From Octopus sinensis (lineage: Eukaryota), in contig NC_043000.1 of NCBI RefSeq assembly GCF_006345805.1, positions 77,190,001 through 77,254,000 on the forward strand: a stretch of DNA of 64,000 nt. The letters are read 5' to 3'. Below the pieces are notes generated by a model. That model was not told the origin of the DNA and did no database searches. It saw only the letters and a list, made by a program, of their open reading frames with translations. Of the stretch, positions 1-12,965 are shown piece by piece. The translations under genes and the position numbers were made by a program. Position 1 is the first letter of the stretch, and each line of letters opens with the position of its first letter.

Positions 1-1
1 G

Positions 2-240
2 AATGACATAGTGGCCATATTCTGGGACACGTCAATACACACAAACAGAAAGATCAAGGATAATCTCCCTCATATTGTTGTAAAAAGGCGTCTTGATGGA
101 AGTCCTTTAAAAAAATGGAAAAATTACCCAGATCAAGAGATCTGTAAATGAGGTAAGCAGAGTTTGGAACTCAAACAGAAGCAGTTCCTAAAGTGATAGA
201 TACTTGGGAATTATTAACAAAACATGCAGACCAAAGTGCT
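2..240 (+). mobile_element. R4/Dong-like (RLE) non-LTR retrotransposon 3' fragment
   Basis: Frame from base 2 reads NDIVAIFWDTSIHTNRKIKDNLPHIVVK; broken frames then resemble EVSRVW..TEAVP.VI.TLGI, the PD..D restriction-like endonuclease tail. Confidence 0.6.
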
Positions 241-266
241 AGAATTCACATGAGCGTACGCGCGCG

Positions 267-297
<31 letters not shown>

Positions 298-2559
298 ATG
301 CGCGCACGCACAAACACACACAGTATCCATTTAATAGCTCTGACTCGCACTGTATACGCATATTATGTACAGTAAGCTGTTAGACACGAACACAACATCT
401 ATAAAGTAGCACCACTAGATACGAAACATATACAACAAAGTATCTTAGCATAAATGACCTTATTACCTACACACACAATATCCCAAGTAAAAATAAAATA
501 GATAACACTACTTGGCACCATACACATAATACGTAGACAATGTCCTGTATAATAGTGAAAGCAAAACCATATAAAATACTGCACATATTCAGAGCACGCA
601 GTTTTGTGTTTGGTGGTATAGTAAAAATAAGCAAGAAATAAAAATAGTGACAGGATTATTTATTGTCACCATCGGACTATTCATGCATAAAATAAAACGT
701 ATATTAAATACGTAAAGTGAGGGGAGGGATAAAGATATTATACAATATATCATGATATATCAAACATTTTGAAGCAACATAAAAAAATTACACGATTAAG
801 ATATGATTAAGTAAAAAGACAGATGCACAGTAAAAAGTCAAAAACACACAACCTCTTGAGTCAGAGCAGAGTTCTACATAACTCTCCCTAGCTTTTCGAA
901 ATGGTGTGAATATTTCTTGTTAAAGACGCTTATGAATATTTCGATAGTGGAAGTGGGTAGGAGAGAGGTCCACATCTTCCAGAAAGCAGTAGTCTATTCT
1001 TTATGTGATGCTTATTTTCTGTGTTCATCTTTACACAAACCAGTACCTTCTCATTTGCCTTTTCCTCTTGCAGGTTATTCAGCAGGTCCATTAAATCCTT
1101 GCTTGATATTTTCACCACTTACACATGAAGTCTTTGAAGATGTTGGTATACGATGAGAACCAATTGAATGGGATATAAAATATTGTAACATTACATTACA
1201 TTCTATCATATACATAGTATTTCTTTCTTGTTATTGTTGTTGTTATAGTTTTATTCTTCTTGTTGTCGCTGCAGTTTAAGTTGTTGCTTGTAGCATTGGT
1301 GTTTATCATGGATTTTCCTCGTGTGGAAAATATATGTTAGGAATAAATTGTTTGCCTTATTTTACTTATTTTTTACTCATTTTTACTTATTTTACTCATG
1401 TTTTTCTCTTTTCATTCAGAGGGTAAATCTCTATCTTCGATTGTTCTGCATGCCTTCTATTTGGGTATAATCTTCACTTTTTAGCTATTTCCCTTGTGTC
1501 TGTCTCTACTGTTCTTAACGGCTTGTCATCTTTCTTTACTCTTCATTTTGTTTCCATCATTGTAGTATTACGGAGAAGGGATCCTCAGCTTTCTGGTCAT
1601 CAGTTTTGTAACTCGGGACGAGTTACAAAACTGGGTAGTTTGGCCTGCTTCTTCACATTGTCTTCAATTTAAAAACTCCAGATACACGGTTCAGTAACTT
1701 TTCATTCCATACATCAAGAAGAGCGTTTTATTCTGAGTGCATGAGGAAGACTGTTCTGTTTTTGGCGATGCATAGACTGATAAATTTTCTTTTCCCTCGC
1801 TCTTGCATAAAGCACTCTATTTGTCTTGGTTATAAATATCCGTCAAGCAGATCTCTTCTCGCCCAGTTGATTCAGGTTTAAAATTTTCCTGTTTTGAGTG
1901 CACTGGCGAATGAGAAACTTATATTTTCTTGATTCACACTGTTCCCACATTTTTTCTAATGGGTATTTTGTTAATTTGGCAAAGAATATATTCATATATG
2001 TACTGTTGTTGTTGTTTACCATATCGCTGTGAAAGTTCCAGTTAATATTAATGTTTCCGGTAAAAAATTCAGTATTTCTTCTTGCGAAATGTTTGCATCA
2101 ACTTGTGTAAATATTTGTATCATTATTGATCAGTCAATCACTCCTGTTGTTATTCAATTATTTTTAGTAGCTACCTTCTTTAGCACTACCGATGGCTGTT
2201 ATAAACATAATGTTATATTACTGGTGTTGGGTAGCCTCGGTTCAACACTGACCAAGCAAATCTATACTAGGATCGATCCACAGATCCATAGTTCCGAATA
2301 CACCATACATACTAGATGAAGACCATACTGCACATTCTGACATAAAGCGATTGATTGTATGTGGACAGTATGGTAACCTGGGTACAATCTCCCTCGATAT
2401 GTTTGTATACTCTGGAAGCGGCTATAATAGAAACAGGCAAATTTAATGCCAAGAACTGTCTTAAATTACTCTAAATCAGTAATGCTAGTAACAATAACAA
2501 TTATTTGGACGATTATTTTTTCTATATATTTTAAAGTCTACTTATGGATTGAAATATCC

Positions 2560-3780
2560 ACTTTTACAGGGTAGGTTTACTATGAATGAGTGTTGCTAGA
2601 ACTGTGGGATCTTGCATGCATTAATTTCAACACTTATTATTGATAACTGCATTGTTTCTTTTTAGGTAAATGACATCTGACTGTTCAATGAAGACTTCAA
2701 ATGTTACTAGTATCAACTTCTCTTGAAAATCGACAATATTTGGCATCGTGGTATTATCAAGTAGCTGTAAGAAAAGAGTTTAAGCCCCAAGGGCATTCAT
2801 GGTGACCAGATTGCTATATTAGTGGGTGACACTCCAGCTTTATCACCAGTATAAAAGTTGGCAGCTGAATTTAGGAGAGGAACAGAGAGTCTTGAAAGTG
2901 AAACATCCTGAAACTACCACCACCGAGAAAAATACTGATCATATTCATCACATAGTGATAGATGACAAGCGATTGACTATAAATCGAATGACCAATGTAA
3001 TTAGCATATCTTGCAAGAGAGTTCAGAATATTCTGCACAATGAACTTAGCATGACGGGTTTCTGCTCGGTGGGTGCCACATCTGACACCAGGGAAAGTTT
3101 GACATTTTTTCGGATAAACCTGGCTGGTTTCCTTGAATGTTTCGTAATCTAGGATGAGTGTTGGGTTCATCACTTTGAGCCAGAGACAAAGAGACATTCG
3201 ATGCAGTGGAAACTCACCTCATCAGTTGCTCAAAAGAAGGCCAAAGTCGTTTCATCTGCAGGGAAGTTGATGGCCTCATTTTTTGGAGGATGCAAAAGGC
3301 ATTGTGTTTATTGACTTTATTCAAAAAGGCCATACCATCAGTAGAGAGTACTATGCCAACTTGCTGAGGCAGTTACGAAAGGCTATCAAGACCAAACGGT
3401 CAGGAAAACTGACGAAAGAGGTCTTGTTTCATCAGGACAATGCTCCAAGATACAAGTCTTTGGTTTCAGTGGCTGCTGTACATAACTGTGGCTTTGAAAT
3501 TGTTGAACATCCTCCATATTCTCCTGATTAGGATCCATCCGACTAGATCTGTTCTCCAACATGAAAAAACTCATGAATGGGAACAAGTGTCGCAGCGATG
3601 ACGACGTCATATCTGCTCTTGATAACTTTCTTGGCCAACAGGATGAAAGATTCTTCACCAATGGGATGCATAAGAAGAAGGGTGACTATGTTGAAAAATA
3701 AACCCCAGTTAGTCACATTTTATGAGAGTATCTTGTTTAGCCTATGCATTTTTCACCCTAACCTCTTATCGTGATTGTGG
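2560..3780 (+). mobile_element. Decayed mariner (Tc1/mariner) DNA transposon
   Basis: Broken frames give KIDNIWHRGIIK, DECWVHHFEPETKRHSMQW, KGIVFIDFIQKGHTISREYYANLLRQLR, LFHQDNAP and HPPYSPD; stops and frameshifts throughout. Confidence 0.9.
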
Positions 3781-3904
3781 CAGACACTATCTAAAATAAC
3801 CGTATAAAATGTCACAGAAATAATTAAAATGTTCTTATTCACATTTTGTTTTACGTTTTTCACCAAAGCAAAGAACTGGCAGAGATGTAAGAGTGTTTTG
3901 GATA

Positions 3905-4010
3905 AAATAACGCTCGGTAGTTGTTTCGAATCTCTGTGCTCCGAGTTCCAACCCCGTCGAGGCTAACTTTGCCTTTCGTCCTTTCATGGGCGATTAAAAA
4001 CTACCAGTTC
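3905..4010 (+). mobile_element. tRNA-type SINE fragment
   Basis: GAGTTCCAACCCCGTCGAGGCTAACTTTGCCTTTCGTCCTTTC matches the SINE core also seen near 15700, 23880, 58440 and 62810. Confidence 0.55.
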
Positions 4011-4184
4011 CGGACGGTGGATTAATTGAACTGTTAGAGCATAGGACGGGATCTCTTGAGATATTTGTTCCGTTCTTTGCGCTCTGACAGCAACACTTGT
4101 GACAAAAACGATGGCAGACTGTATTGATCGTAAAGTGGTGACAATTACCTTGGACAATATTAGTAGCGTAACAGAAAAGGCTTG

Positions 4185-6060
4185 CACTGAACAACAAAGG
4201 TTTTGCTACTGGGGGTGAAGGCATGTGTTTTAGACTAAATCGAGGATGCTGGTTCCGAATCTGCACTCAGAATTGTTGTAGCACGTCAATACTTTGAGTT
4301 ATGCGCATGCGCAAGATTATAGCTATACTTTCGGCTAGATATATCAGTATTATAAATTTGCTAAAATGAAAGTGGTCTTAATTCAAACTTAAAGAAATAG
4401 CAGCAATAAAATAAATAATGAAAAAGTTCATTATTTAGTTTAGCAAATGATGGCGCTGACGTATTGTGTGCAAGTGCCAAATACGTCAGTTTATTCTTGG
4501 TAACTCTCAGTATCGTTTGCACTGCTGTCACGTGTGATATGTATATCTCTCGCTCTGCATGATTACTGTTTTAACTGTGTTCATTGTGTTAGATCATGAA
4601 TAGGGGAGGCTATGTGAATCATCCAGACAACTTTTGTTAAGTCTGGAAAATTTGCTCCGCGTGACCAGCGGAAGAACATTGTCACCAAATTAAAAACTGC
4701 CTATAAATATTTTTGTAGGGGTGTAAAGTTGGGGACCAAGACAAGAGGTGGACACCTCATATATGCTGCACTGTGTGTTACTCGGGGCTTATACAGTGGC
4801 TGAATGGAAAACGGAAGGGAATGCCTTATGCTGTACCAATGGTATGGCGTGAGCCAACCAGTAATGTCTCTGATTGTTACTTTTGCATGACTAATATTAG
4901 TGGTTTTTCAAAGAAAACCAAATCAAAAATTTTGTATGCAGATTGTAAATCGGCTCTAAAACCGGTCCCACATGACTTCGAGAACCCTGTCCCAGTTCCC
5001 TCCTCACATGATTCACTTGAAGACCTTGACACGTCGCCCGATGAACCTCTGTTTCTAAGAAAAATGAGCCACGCTTGTTTAATCAGGAAAATTTGAACGA
5101 TTTAGTAAGAGACCCAGCATTGTCAAAGGAGAAGGCAGAAGTTTTGGGATCCAGACTACAGCAACAGAATCTCTTACAGCAAGCTACGAAAATTTCCATT
5201 TTCCGTTCTCGCAATGAAGGCTGTCTATTTCAAGCAAGACAATAATGCTTGTTTCTATACTGACGTTAATGCACTTATGCGAAAACTAGGACATGTGTAT
5301 GTGGCTAACGAATGGAAGTTGTTTATAGACTCGAGTAAAATTAGCCTCAAAGGACTGCAGCTGGGCTATATTAAAAAAGTATGTTTTTTGCGTGTTTGGA
5401 ATAGCCGCAATGACAGCAATCATTACACTGTAAAAGACTGGCCTAAAAGAGATGAACGCATAGTTTGTCGGTACAATGTGCAGCATATGCCACTGGTAGA
5501 CCCGCAAAAGATCTTCCTTCCACCCCTTCACATCAAACTCAGCCTTATGAAAAACTTCGTAAAAGCAATGACACTCGATGGTTGTGGCTTCCAGTATCTA
5601 AAAGTAAAATTTGGCGCGGAAAAAAGTGACGCAAAACTGGAAACAGGCATTTTCATTGGACCCGAGATCAGAGAATTGATGTCTGATAGCAAATTAAGAG
5701 GTAAACTGAATCCAGTTTAGCTGACGGCATGGAATTCCTTCGTGTTAGTCATACAGAACTTGCTTGGAAATCATAGAGATAAAAACTATGCTGATTTAAT
5801 AAACAACATACAAACAGCGTATGAACGAATGGGATGCAGAATGACCCTTGAAATGCACTTCTCATTTCGATTTTTTCCCAACGGCTCTTGATGCCGTTAG
5901 TGGTGAGGATGGTGAAAGGTTCCACTAAGACATATCTGAGATGAAAATGCGGTATTAAGGCCGGTTCATTCCACACATGATGGGTAACTATTCCTGATTC
6001 CTACAAAGGGAGACCAGAACTACACATATATAAAAAATATCAAAAATAAAGTGAGCATTC
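4185..6060 (+). mobile_element. Chapaev3-like (CMC superfamily) DNA transposon with disrupted transposase
   Basis: Starts CACTGAACAACAAA. Frames give NHPDNFC, GDQDKRWTPHICC, YAVPMVWREPTSNVSDCYFC, PPLHIKLSLMKNFVKAM and GIFIGPEIRELM, with decayed remnants resembling GCRMTL.MHF and AVS.EDGERFH. The family assignment is from memory. Confidence 0.7.
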
Positions 6061-6082
6061 CCTAAGTACCATAATAGTATAA

Positions 6083-6200
6083 TACTATTTACCTTCAACA
6101 TAAATACCATTATATTATAATACTATTTACCTTGAACATAAACATACTATGTACAGCACTAATATTCTATTATAATAATTATTTACCTTGAACTTAACTA
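6083..6200. repeat. Three imperfect direct repeats of TA(C/T)TATTTACCTT(C/G)AAC
   Basis: Motif at ~6083, ~6121 and ~6179. Confidence 0.7.
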
Positions 6201-6216
6201 TTCCTGATACTAATAC

Positions 6217-6328
6217 AGTGAAATGAAATGTTTTGCTCAAGATCACGTTACGTTTTTGCCCAATGAATGGTTTCGAATTCCAGATTGGACAGCGTAACGT
6301 GATCTTGAGCAAAACATTTCATTTCACT
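6217..6328. repeat. Perfect 36-bp inverted repeat with 40-bp spacer (SINE-derived)
   Basis: AGTGAAATGAAATGTTTTGCTCAAGATCACGTTACG (6217-6252) and its exact reverse complement (6293-6328). Confidence 0.9.
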
Positions 6329-6747
6329 TTGTTACAGTCTACTCAGCTGAAATAAGCAGCAGCTGGGAGTTAACCTTGCGACTGACAAGTATTGTTCTCT
6401 CGGTCGCTTATACACCATGAAAACCGAGATGACAGCCCTAAGATCAAGGGCAAGTTTAACATAAAATACACAGTTTAATACATGTTTCTCATCCAATATC
6501 AGAGAATTAGGCAGGTATATTACTTGTTGGGCTTGTAATTTCTTCCCCGTTTTACAACTGTGTAAGAACATTTATTCTCGCCAAGCTCCATCCTTATATC
6601 TGTTGAGAACATCCTAACTATGATAAGGTTTGTCATTATACTATTCATATTCTTGGCATATTCAAATTCATTTTCAGATCGTCTACGAAGAAGCAATGTA
6701 TTAATTTGGTGTTTCTCTCTTCTTGTGAGCCAGTCGCATACCTGTTT

Positions 6748-6782
<35 letters not shown>

Positions 6783-7424
6783 AACTTGAAATATAAATAG
6801 CATAATAAAGAGATAATTTCGCTTAAAGTATCCTATCAGTGTGATTAGAACTACCTCCCGTATTTTTCTTCAAAATGGTCGCCCAGGACGAAGACAAATT
6901 TTCTGTGGTCTTAGTAATGTATGGATGCGTATTCCTATGCAAGTGTATGTATGAATATGTGTATGCATAAATGCATGCATATATAAAAACATATATGTGT
7001 AAATAAATACTATATTAATATATGTGTATTATCAGTGTCAGTAATCTAGGAATAGCTCCATACCATGATCTCATGTTGGTATTCAGGTGGATAGTAATTT
7101 ATGGACTATAACATACGATTGCCATTAAATTTGCACTTAAGTACTTTAAGGACGAAGCGCAACAAAAACAAAACACCAAAGCAAGACGAACAACAGTACT
7201 AACAATACAACTATGAAGTGTCAAAATACCACCACCACCACCACCACCACCACCACCAAGTCAATTCAGTGAAGCAAAGCATCAATAAATGATACACAAG
7301 TGCCTTGAATGACATTGGTATGTTGTACTAATCAACCGGCTCCCTCACTTCATGCGTGTATGTATATATTATGTGTGTGCGTATACCTGATTATAGGTAT
7401 GTGTGTAAATGTTTATTTCTGTCA

Positions 7425-7632
7425 GTCAGTCTGCCTCTCTGTCTGTTTGTCTGTCTGTTTGCCTGTCTCTCTTTCTCTCTCTCCCTCTCTCTCTCTCTCT
7501 ATATATATAGTTGTATGTATGATTGATTGTATATATGTGTGTATATATTCTTGTGTGTGTGTGTGTGTATGTGTGTGTGCGTGCGTGTGCGTGTGTGTGC
7601 GTGTGTGTGCGTGTGTGTGTGCGTGTGTGTGA
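7425..7632. repeat. Compound microsatellite (TCTG/CT/TA/GT)
   Basis: Directly visible. Confidence 0.9.
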
Positions 7633-7639
7633 ATATCTT

Positions 7640-7915
7640 TGGAGCGCCGCCTTGAGGAATATTTAGTGGAATGAATCGACCCCAGTACTTTTTTTAAAGC
7701 CAGGTACTTATTCTGCCGACCTCATTTGCCAAACCGCTGATTTATGGGGACGTAAATACACTAACACTGGTTGTCAAGTAGTGGTGGGGGACAAACACAG
7801 ACACAAAGACATGTGATCATCCCCCACCAACACATATATATGACGGTCTTCTTTCAGTTTCCGTCACCAGATCTACTCATAAGGCTTTGGCCGGCCGAGG
7901 CTATACTGTAGAAAG
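7640..7915 (+). mobile_element. SINE of the GCCGCCTTGA..GAATCGACCCCAGTAC..GGGGACGTAAA family
   Basis: Same motifs recur at ~21890 (+), ~34900-35335 (-) and ~57700 (+). Confidence 0.7.
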
Positions 7916-7929
7916 GTACAGCGCCAGAT

Positions 7930-8975
7930 ATATTTTCCAACAAACTATTGCACCTTTTAAACAATGCATCAAGCCACCCAGTGATGCCCCAAAATACAAC
8001 TCCTTTGCTCTAGTCAATAGATCGAGATGTGATAGCTAACTTCAAGAAATAATGTCTAAGATCTTTGAATTAACTTATAAAAACAGTTGACAGAGAGGAT
8101 AAATCTACTGTTAGAAACTTCTGGAAGAAGTTCAACATAATGGATGTTGTGGATAACGTAGTTGAGTCATGGGATGAAGTGGAAATCCCTGATTAGTGCT
8201 TGAAAAATATATGGCCAAGCTGTATCCATGACTATACATGTTTTCCACAAACAGAAAGTCTACATCCAATTCGGAAAATACTGCGACATTTGCAAATGAT
8301 GTAGGGCTTGGAGTCATAAATGATGTGTGTGAGTTGCTCGTGTTACATTGTGAAAGTCTATATGATAAGGAGCTGAAGCTATTAGAACTAGAGCAAGCTG
8401 AGAATACAGAAATTTCACCAAAATCTACTGAAAAGAATATTTCTAAAGGAGGTGTGCAAGATTTTATTGATAACAACCCTAATCACGAACCTAGTATAAC
8501 AATTACCAGAGAAGTTCATAATGATTTCAGTTTCTACACTGAATAGTATAAAACTGCACAATAAACATCAAATAATTTTAGATAGGTTCTTCTCCCTTCA
8601 AGTAGATGACGAAGATAATCAGCTACAAAATTGAAGATAGTGTCTCTCATCCTCTCAGTAACTCTCATTCCGTGCCCCCACTCATAGTTGTTAATATCTT
8701 TTGTGGTAAGAAAATATGCCATTACGATTCTTATTTATTCCCTAATGTATTTATCTTCACAGTTTTTTTTTTGTATACTTATTGTACTGCGTATATTTAG
8801 AAATTGCTATTTTTATGTATAAAAGTAGTTCTGTTGCTTGTGTTTTGGTTTTCTTCGGAAAAAAATCCATCGAAAAGCATTCTCATTTTATATGAAAAGC
8901 TTATAAGAAAATTATAATTTCGCGTTTCAGAACTTCGCGCTGTAAGAATTTCAAGAACACGTTACTCTCGTAAGT
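7930..8975 (+). mobile_element. Tigger/pogo-like transposon 3' remnant
   Basis: MPQNTTPLL*SIDRDVIANFKK..TVRNFWKKFNIMDVVDNVVESWDEV resembles the DDE_1 segment LPPNTT..QPMDQGVI..FK. Confidence 0.75.
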
Positions 8976-9211
8976 TATGTGCGCGCGCGCGCGTGTAGAT
9001 TCCCACCTATATCCACACACACATATACATATGTAGGTATGTATATATGTATGCCTGCATTCATGTATGTATTGTTGAGTGGTGTTAGCTTTCTTTTAAC
9101 GTTGTACGCTGAAATATGTCTTGGTATGTCATTGAAAGGATGTAGCATCGGAAATGAAGTCATTATACCCTTTTCGTGACTTTGAAGAGTATTGAGAGCA
9201 ATGACGTACAA

Positions 9212-9260
9212 CAGTACTTCTCAAAGTGGGCGGTACCGTCCCCTGGGGCAAGGTAGAAAA
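9212..9260 (+). mobile_element. Possible hAT/Charlie-type terminus
   Basis: CAGTACTTCTCAAAGTGGGCGGTACCG resembles CAGTGGTTCTCAAA hAT termini; partner end not found. Confidence 0.3.
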
Positions 9261-9879
9261 TTTTATATGTATACTGGCGACAGTGGGAGATAGATGCATC
9301 AGTGTAGTTTTTCAGTCTTTGACTCTTATTTAAATATTAACTATAAAAAATATATATATATATATCTAAAGTAATATTTTGGTAAACTGCTTGTTAGCCG
9401 CAATCGCAATAATAATAATAATAATGATAATAATAATAATAATAACGACAACATTTGCAATAATAATTGACTTAGGAATGTGAATAAGTAAATATACAAA
9501 ACTGAATGTATAACATCTATCTTTGTTGTACTCTGTTGCAGTAGGATGGTGCAATAATATGTAGCCACTTGCGTCAAACTCGTTTCCGAAACTAAATTAT
9601 TTTAACCTCCCATTACGTGCATGCACCTAAAAAAAACAGAGGAAGAGGATATTGAATCTTAGCAAGGGAGCGTTGTAAAATTGTTAGTAAAAGAAAAGAG
9701 GGCGATTGTAGAAAAGGTTTGGGAAGCATTGGAGTACAAGAGCAATTAGATTCAACAGATGTGAATGACTTCTTTATACAAATACTGCTGACTTCTAATA
9801 CGTTGTAATATAAAATTCGTTCGCTCCTTTTTTTAACCCTTTAATTTAACCCTTATTTTTTTATTAACAGTTTTAACAA

Positions 9880-10500
9880 GCCAGCCGATGATTTTATCTC
9901 ATTCATTGCTCACGATTTCTTGTCAACGTTTTTTGTCAATGCCTTGATAGTAGAGATCACATAGTCTTGATTGGAAGGTGCTATATCAGGAGAATACGGT
10001 GAGTCTCTTGAATAGCACTTTAGGGGAAATTTGCCATGTCGACAAAGCACATCGTATCGCCTGTCAGGTCGTTTTTTGTTGGATTACCTCGTTGAGCGGG
10101 TGTATTTGATGAACGCAAAGGTCTGTTTTGCTCGTGTGGTTGTTTTAAAACATTTCGGATTGGATTAGCCTTCCCCAAACACACCAAATTCAGTTTATTA
10201 GCTTGCGTGGTTGCAGCTCTAGCTTGGGTCGAGTTGCTGTTGGCTTGTCGGGACACAGCCATTCTTTCCTCTGCTGCATATTGACATAAAGGCACCATTT
10301 TTCATCGCCGCTGATGATGTGGTGAAGAAATCTCTGTTTGTGTCCAAGAGTTACTTGGTGTCGAGTGAGAAAACTCGTCACCATTTTCACCTTGTGACGG
10401 TATCTTGAGAACATTTCATCTACTGAGTCAATTCTCAAGTGGAGTGATGCGGATCATTGTGGATGAGTTCGTTAAATCGATCCTCAAATCAAATTAATTA
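9880..10500 (-). mobile_element. Decayed mariner transposon
   Basis: RFLHHIISGDEKWCLYVNMQQRKEW and SPYSPDIAPS on the minus strand. Confidence 0.85.
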
Positions 10501-10789
10501 CATAACACTTTTGTTTTCAAAATATTATTCCCTTTCCCTAAAGAATAACATATTCCCCAGATTTTGAAATGTAAACATACATGCACACATGCACAAACAT
10601 TCACGCGCTCACACATTCACACACGCATATACACATATGTATATATATGCACAGAGAGTTCTCAGTGTTTGTATATAAGCGGTTGAGCTGGTGTGTTGGC
10701 TGAACTGTTGATGCAGACATCTAAGTGTGTGCAATGCACACTGTGAATCTATTCACATAAAAATCTCACATGAAGAATTTCTGAAATGT

Positions 10790-11400
10790 CTTACAAATTT
10801 TCACTGTGCCACTTTTCTTTCGCGAGGTTTTTGTACAAATCTGTTGGTACATAACCTTATGCACCTAAGTGAGAATTCATAGTCTGCACTAATTCGCCAT
10901 AAGCATTCTCTTTTTTCCGGACTTTTGACTGTACTTTTACATCTGCTGGGTAGCTGACCTCTACAACTGCGCATGACTTTTGTTCCCTGTCTCATAGGCC
11001 AATATTAGGTCTGTTACGTTTGCACCGAATTGATATTTTCATTGGGGTGTTCTACCAGTATTCCTTGTTTTTTAAAGGTATGAATACCTGCTGGCTCTGA
11101 CATACCTTTGATGTATACTTCAGGGTACTCCTTCCTACGGATAACATTGTAAACAGTTTTTGCAACTATATTATGCCCCCAGGGGCAGGTGTTATCTCGT
11201 AGACATTTTGGGCAGCTACTGATGATGCGAGTGATATCTCTCCCACTGGTATTGCAGAGCCGATATTTTTTATCGCAAGGTGGTTTCATGGTATCTTTGT
11301 TAATTTTGTTTATCAAGTATTTAGTAGCGATCTCTTGTTCCTAGAGTGCGTAGGCATATCCTTCTAGGTGGGGTGTAATATATCTGTCGCAGGTCCAGGA
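10790..11400 (-). mobile_element. Possible Gypsy integrase remnant
   Basis: DITRIISSCPKCLRDN resembles the CxxC half of an integrase H2C2 zinc-binding domain; heavily decayed. Confidence 0.4.
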
Positions 11401-11469
11401 GATGTTACTCTTCCTGTCCATACTGTTGTTGCCCACTAGTTTTTTTGCTTCTTTCCTAACCCAACCTCC

Positions 11470-11700
11470 CAACCCGGGTGGTTCCCCTGCTCCCGCCCAC
11501 GCTGCGCATTTGCCCTTACCTCTCCAACACCACTCTCCTCACAGGCACCCATCATCGACCCTATCATATCACTGACTCCTTCACCTGCACTTCTAGTAAC
11601 GTCATCTACTGCATCTCCTGCTCTCTCTGTCCTCTATACATCGGGCAAACGAGACGCCGCTTGGCTGATCGGTTCGCGGAACACTTTCGAGACATTTCCG
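11470..11700 (+). mobile_element. Penelope-like element GIY-YIG endonuclease fragment
   Basis: FTCTSSNVIYCISCSLCPLYIGQTRRRLADRFAEH. Confidence 0.9.
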
Positions 11701-12339
11701 CTCTACCGGTCACTCTTTACTACACCTGTCTGTGTTCGGATTGTCCTTGCACAGGGGCCATCCAGATTCCCGTCTTCGCCGTGAGCAGGCATTAATCTTC
11801 TCTCTTCGCTCCTTTGCGTCACATGGGCTTATCTCTCCTCCCCTCTTCATTTAACCCTCCTCCTCTCTCCTCTCTTCCTCTCACACTTACTTCCTCCCAC
11901 CTACCTCTCCTCTCTTGCTCTGGCACCTACTTCCTCTCTTCACTCCTATCCACCTTCTCCCTTCCACCCTCTCCCTTCATCGTCACCTTCCCTCGTTACC
12001 TCACCCCTACATATTCCAACTCCACTATCCCTATACGTCTCATCCCACCCCATCCCTTAGACACCACCCTTGCTTCTCCCCCTCTCACCTCCCCACACCC
12101 CAACTCCACCACACCACACACCACACCACCACACTACACACCACACCACCACCACGCACACACTAGCACTGACCACTTCCCAGCACCTACACCATCATCC
12201 ACACACCTACACATGCACACACGCAGAAGTCATGGTCACCAGCCCCCTTCCACACGCACATACACGCTCTCACATACACACGCACGCGCACCTTCGTTTT
12301 GGGATCACCACTGCTTTATTATCTTCCCTTCTTCCTAGC

Positions 12340-12600
12340 TGTCCTGTGTGACCCCTCTGTCCGGCATTCGCCATGATAGATCGCTAGCCACTAAACCTTC
12401 TTCTATTTTCTCTCCCTGTTTATTTCTGTGTTCCTTTCTATCGAAGAGCGTAGGCTCGAAACGTAAAAGACTATCTCACTTTCCGAGCATTAGACTTAAA
12501 CATCTGTTTGCTGTTTACACACCCGTCTTCGTATTTTGTATTTTTGTAAATTCTCACTATACTTATATTTACTTCATTGCTGACATTTATCAATGATTTC
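12340..12600 (+). mobile_element. Penelope-like pLTR / 3' end
   Basis: GAAGAGCGTAGGCTCGAAACG family; inverted copies at ~24460-24655 and ~40760-40950; lies downstream of the GIY-YIG fragment. Confidence 0.7.
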
Positions 12601-12759
12601 TCTCATTGTATTTGTTAAAGTGATTTTTAAGTGAATCCGGATATGCTAATTTTGTTTGTTTGGCCAGCCAAATCAATGTCATTTTCTATAATTAATGAAA
12701 CTATCGGTATTTTTTACATCATGAGTATACTAGTAGAAATATATTACGACAACAACAGC

Positions 12760-12965
12760 AATAACAAGACCACCAAGATTACCATCATCATCAGAAACAA
12801 CATCATCAAATACGCCAGCACCACTGTCTAGTAGAATATTATCAATAACGCCATCACCGTTATCGTCTTCATCAGCAACAATAACATCACCGCCACAACC
12901 ACCACCACCGCCACCACCACCACCACCGCCGCCACCACCACCACCACCACCACACCATGTCATCA
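12760..12965. repeat. (CCA/CAT/CAA)n trinucleotide-rich tract
   Basis: Directly visible; source of the poly-Gly ORF. Confidence 0.85.

Noticed and set aside
850-2340. Possible decayed LINE ORF1 on the minus strand
   Set aside because: Low-complexity K/N/Q-rich with many stops; no diagnostic motif recovered.
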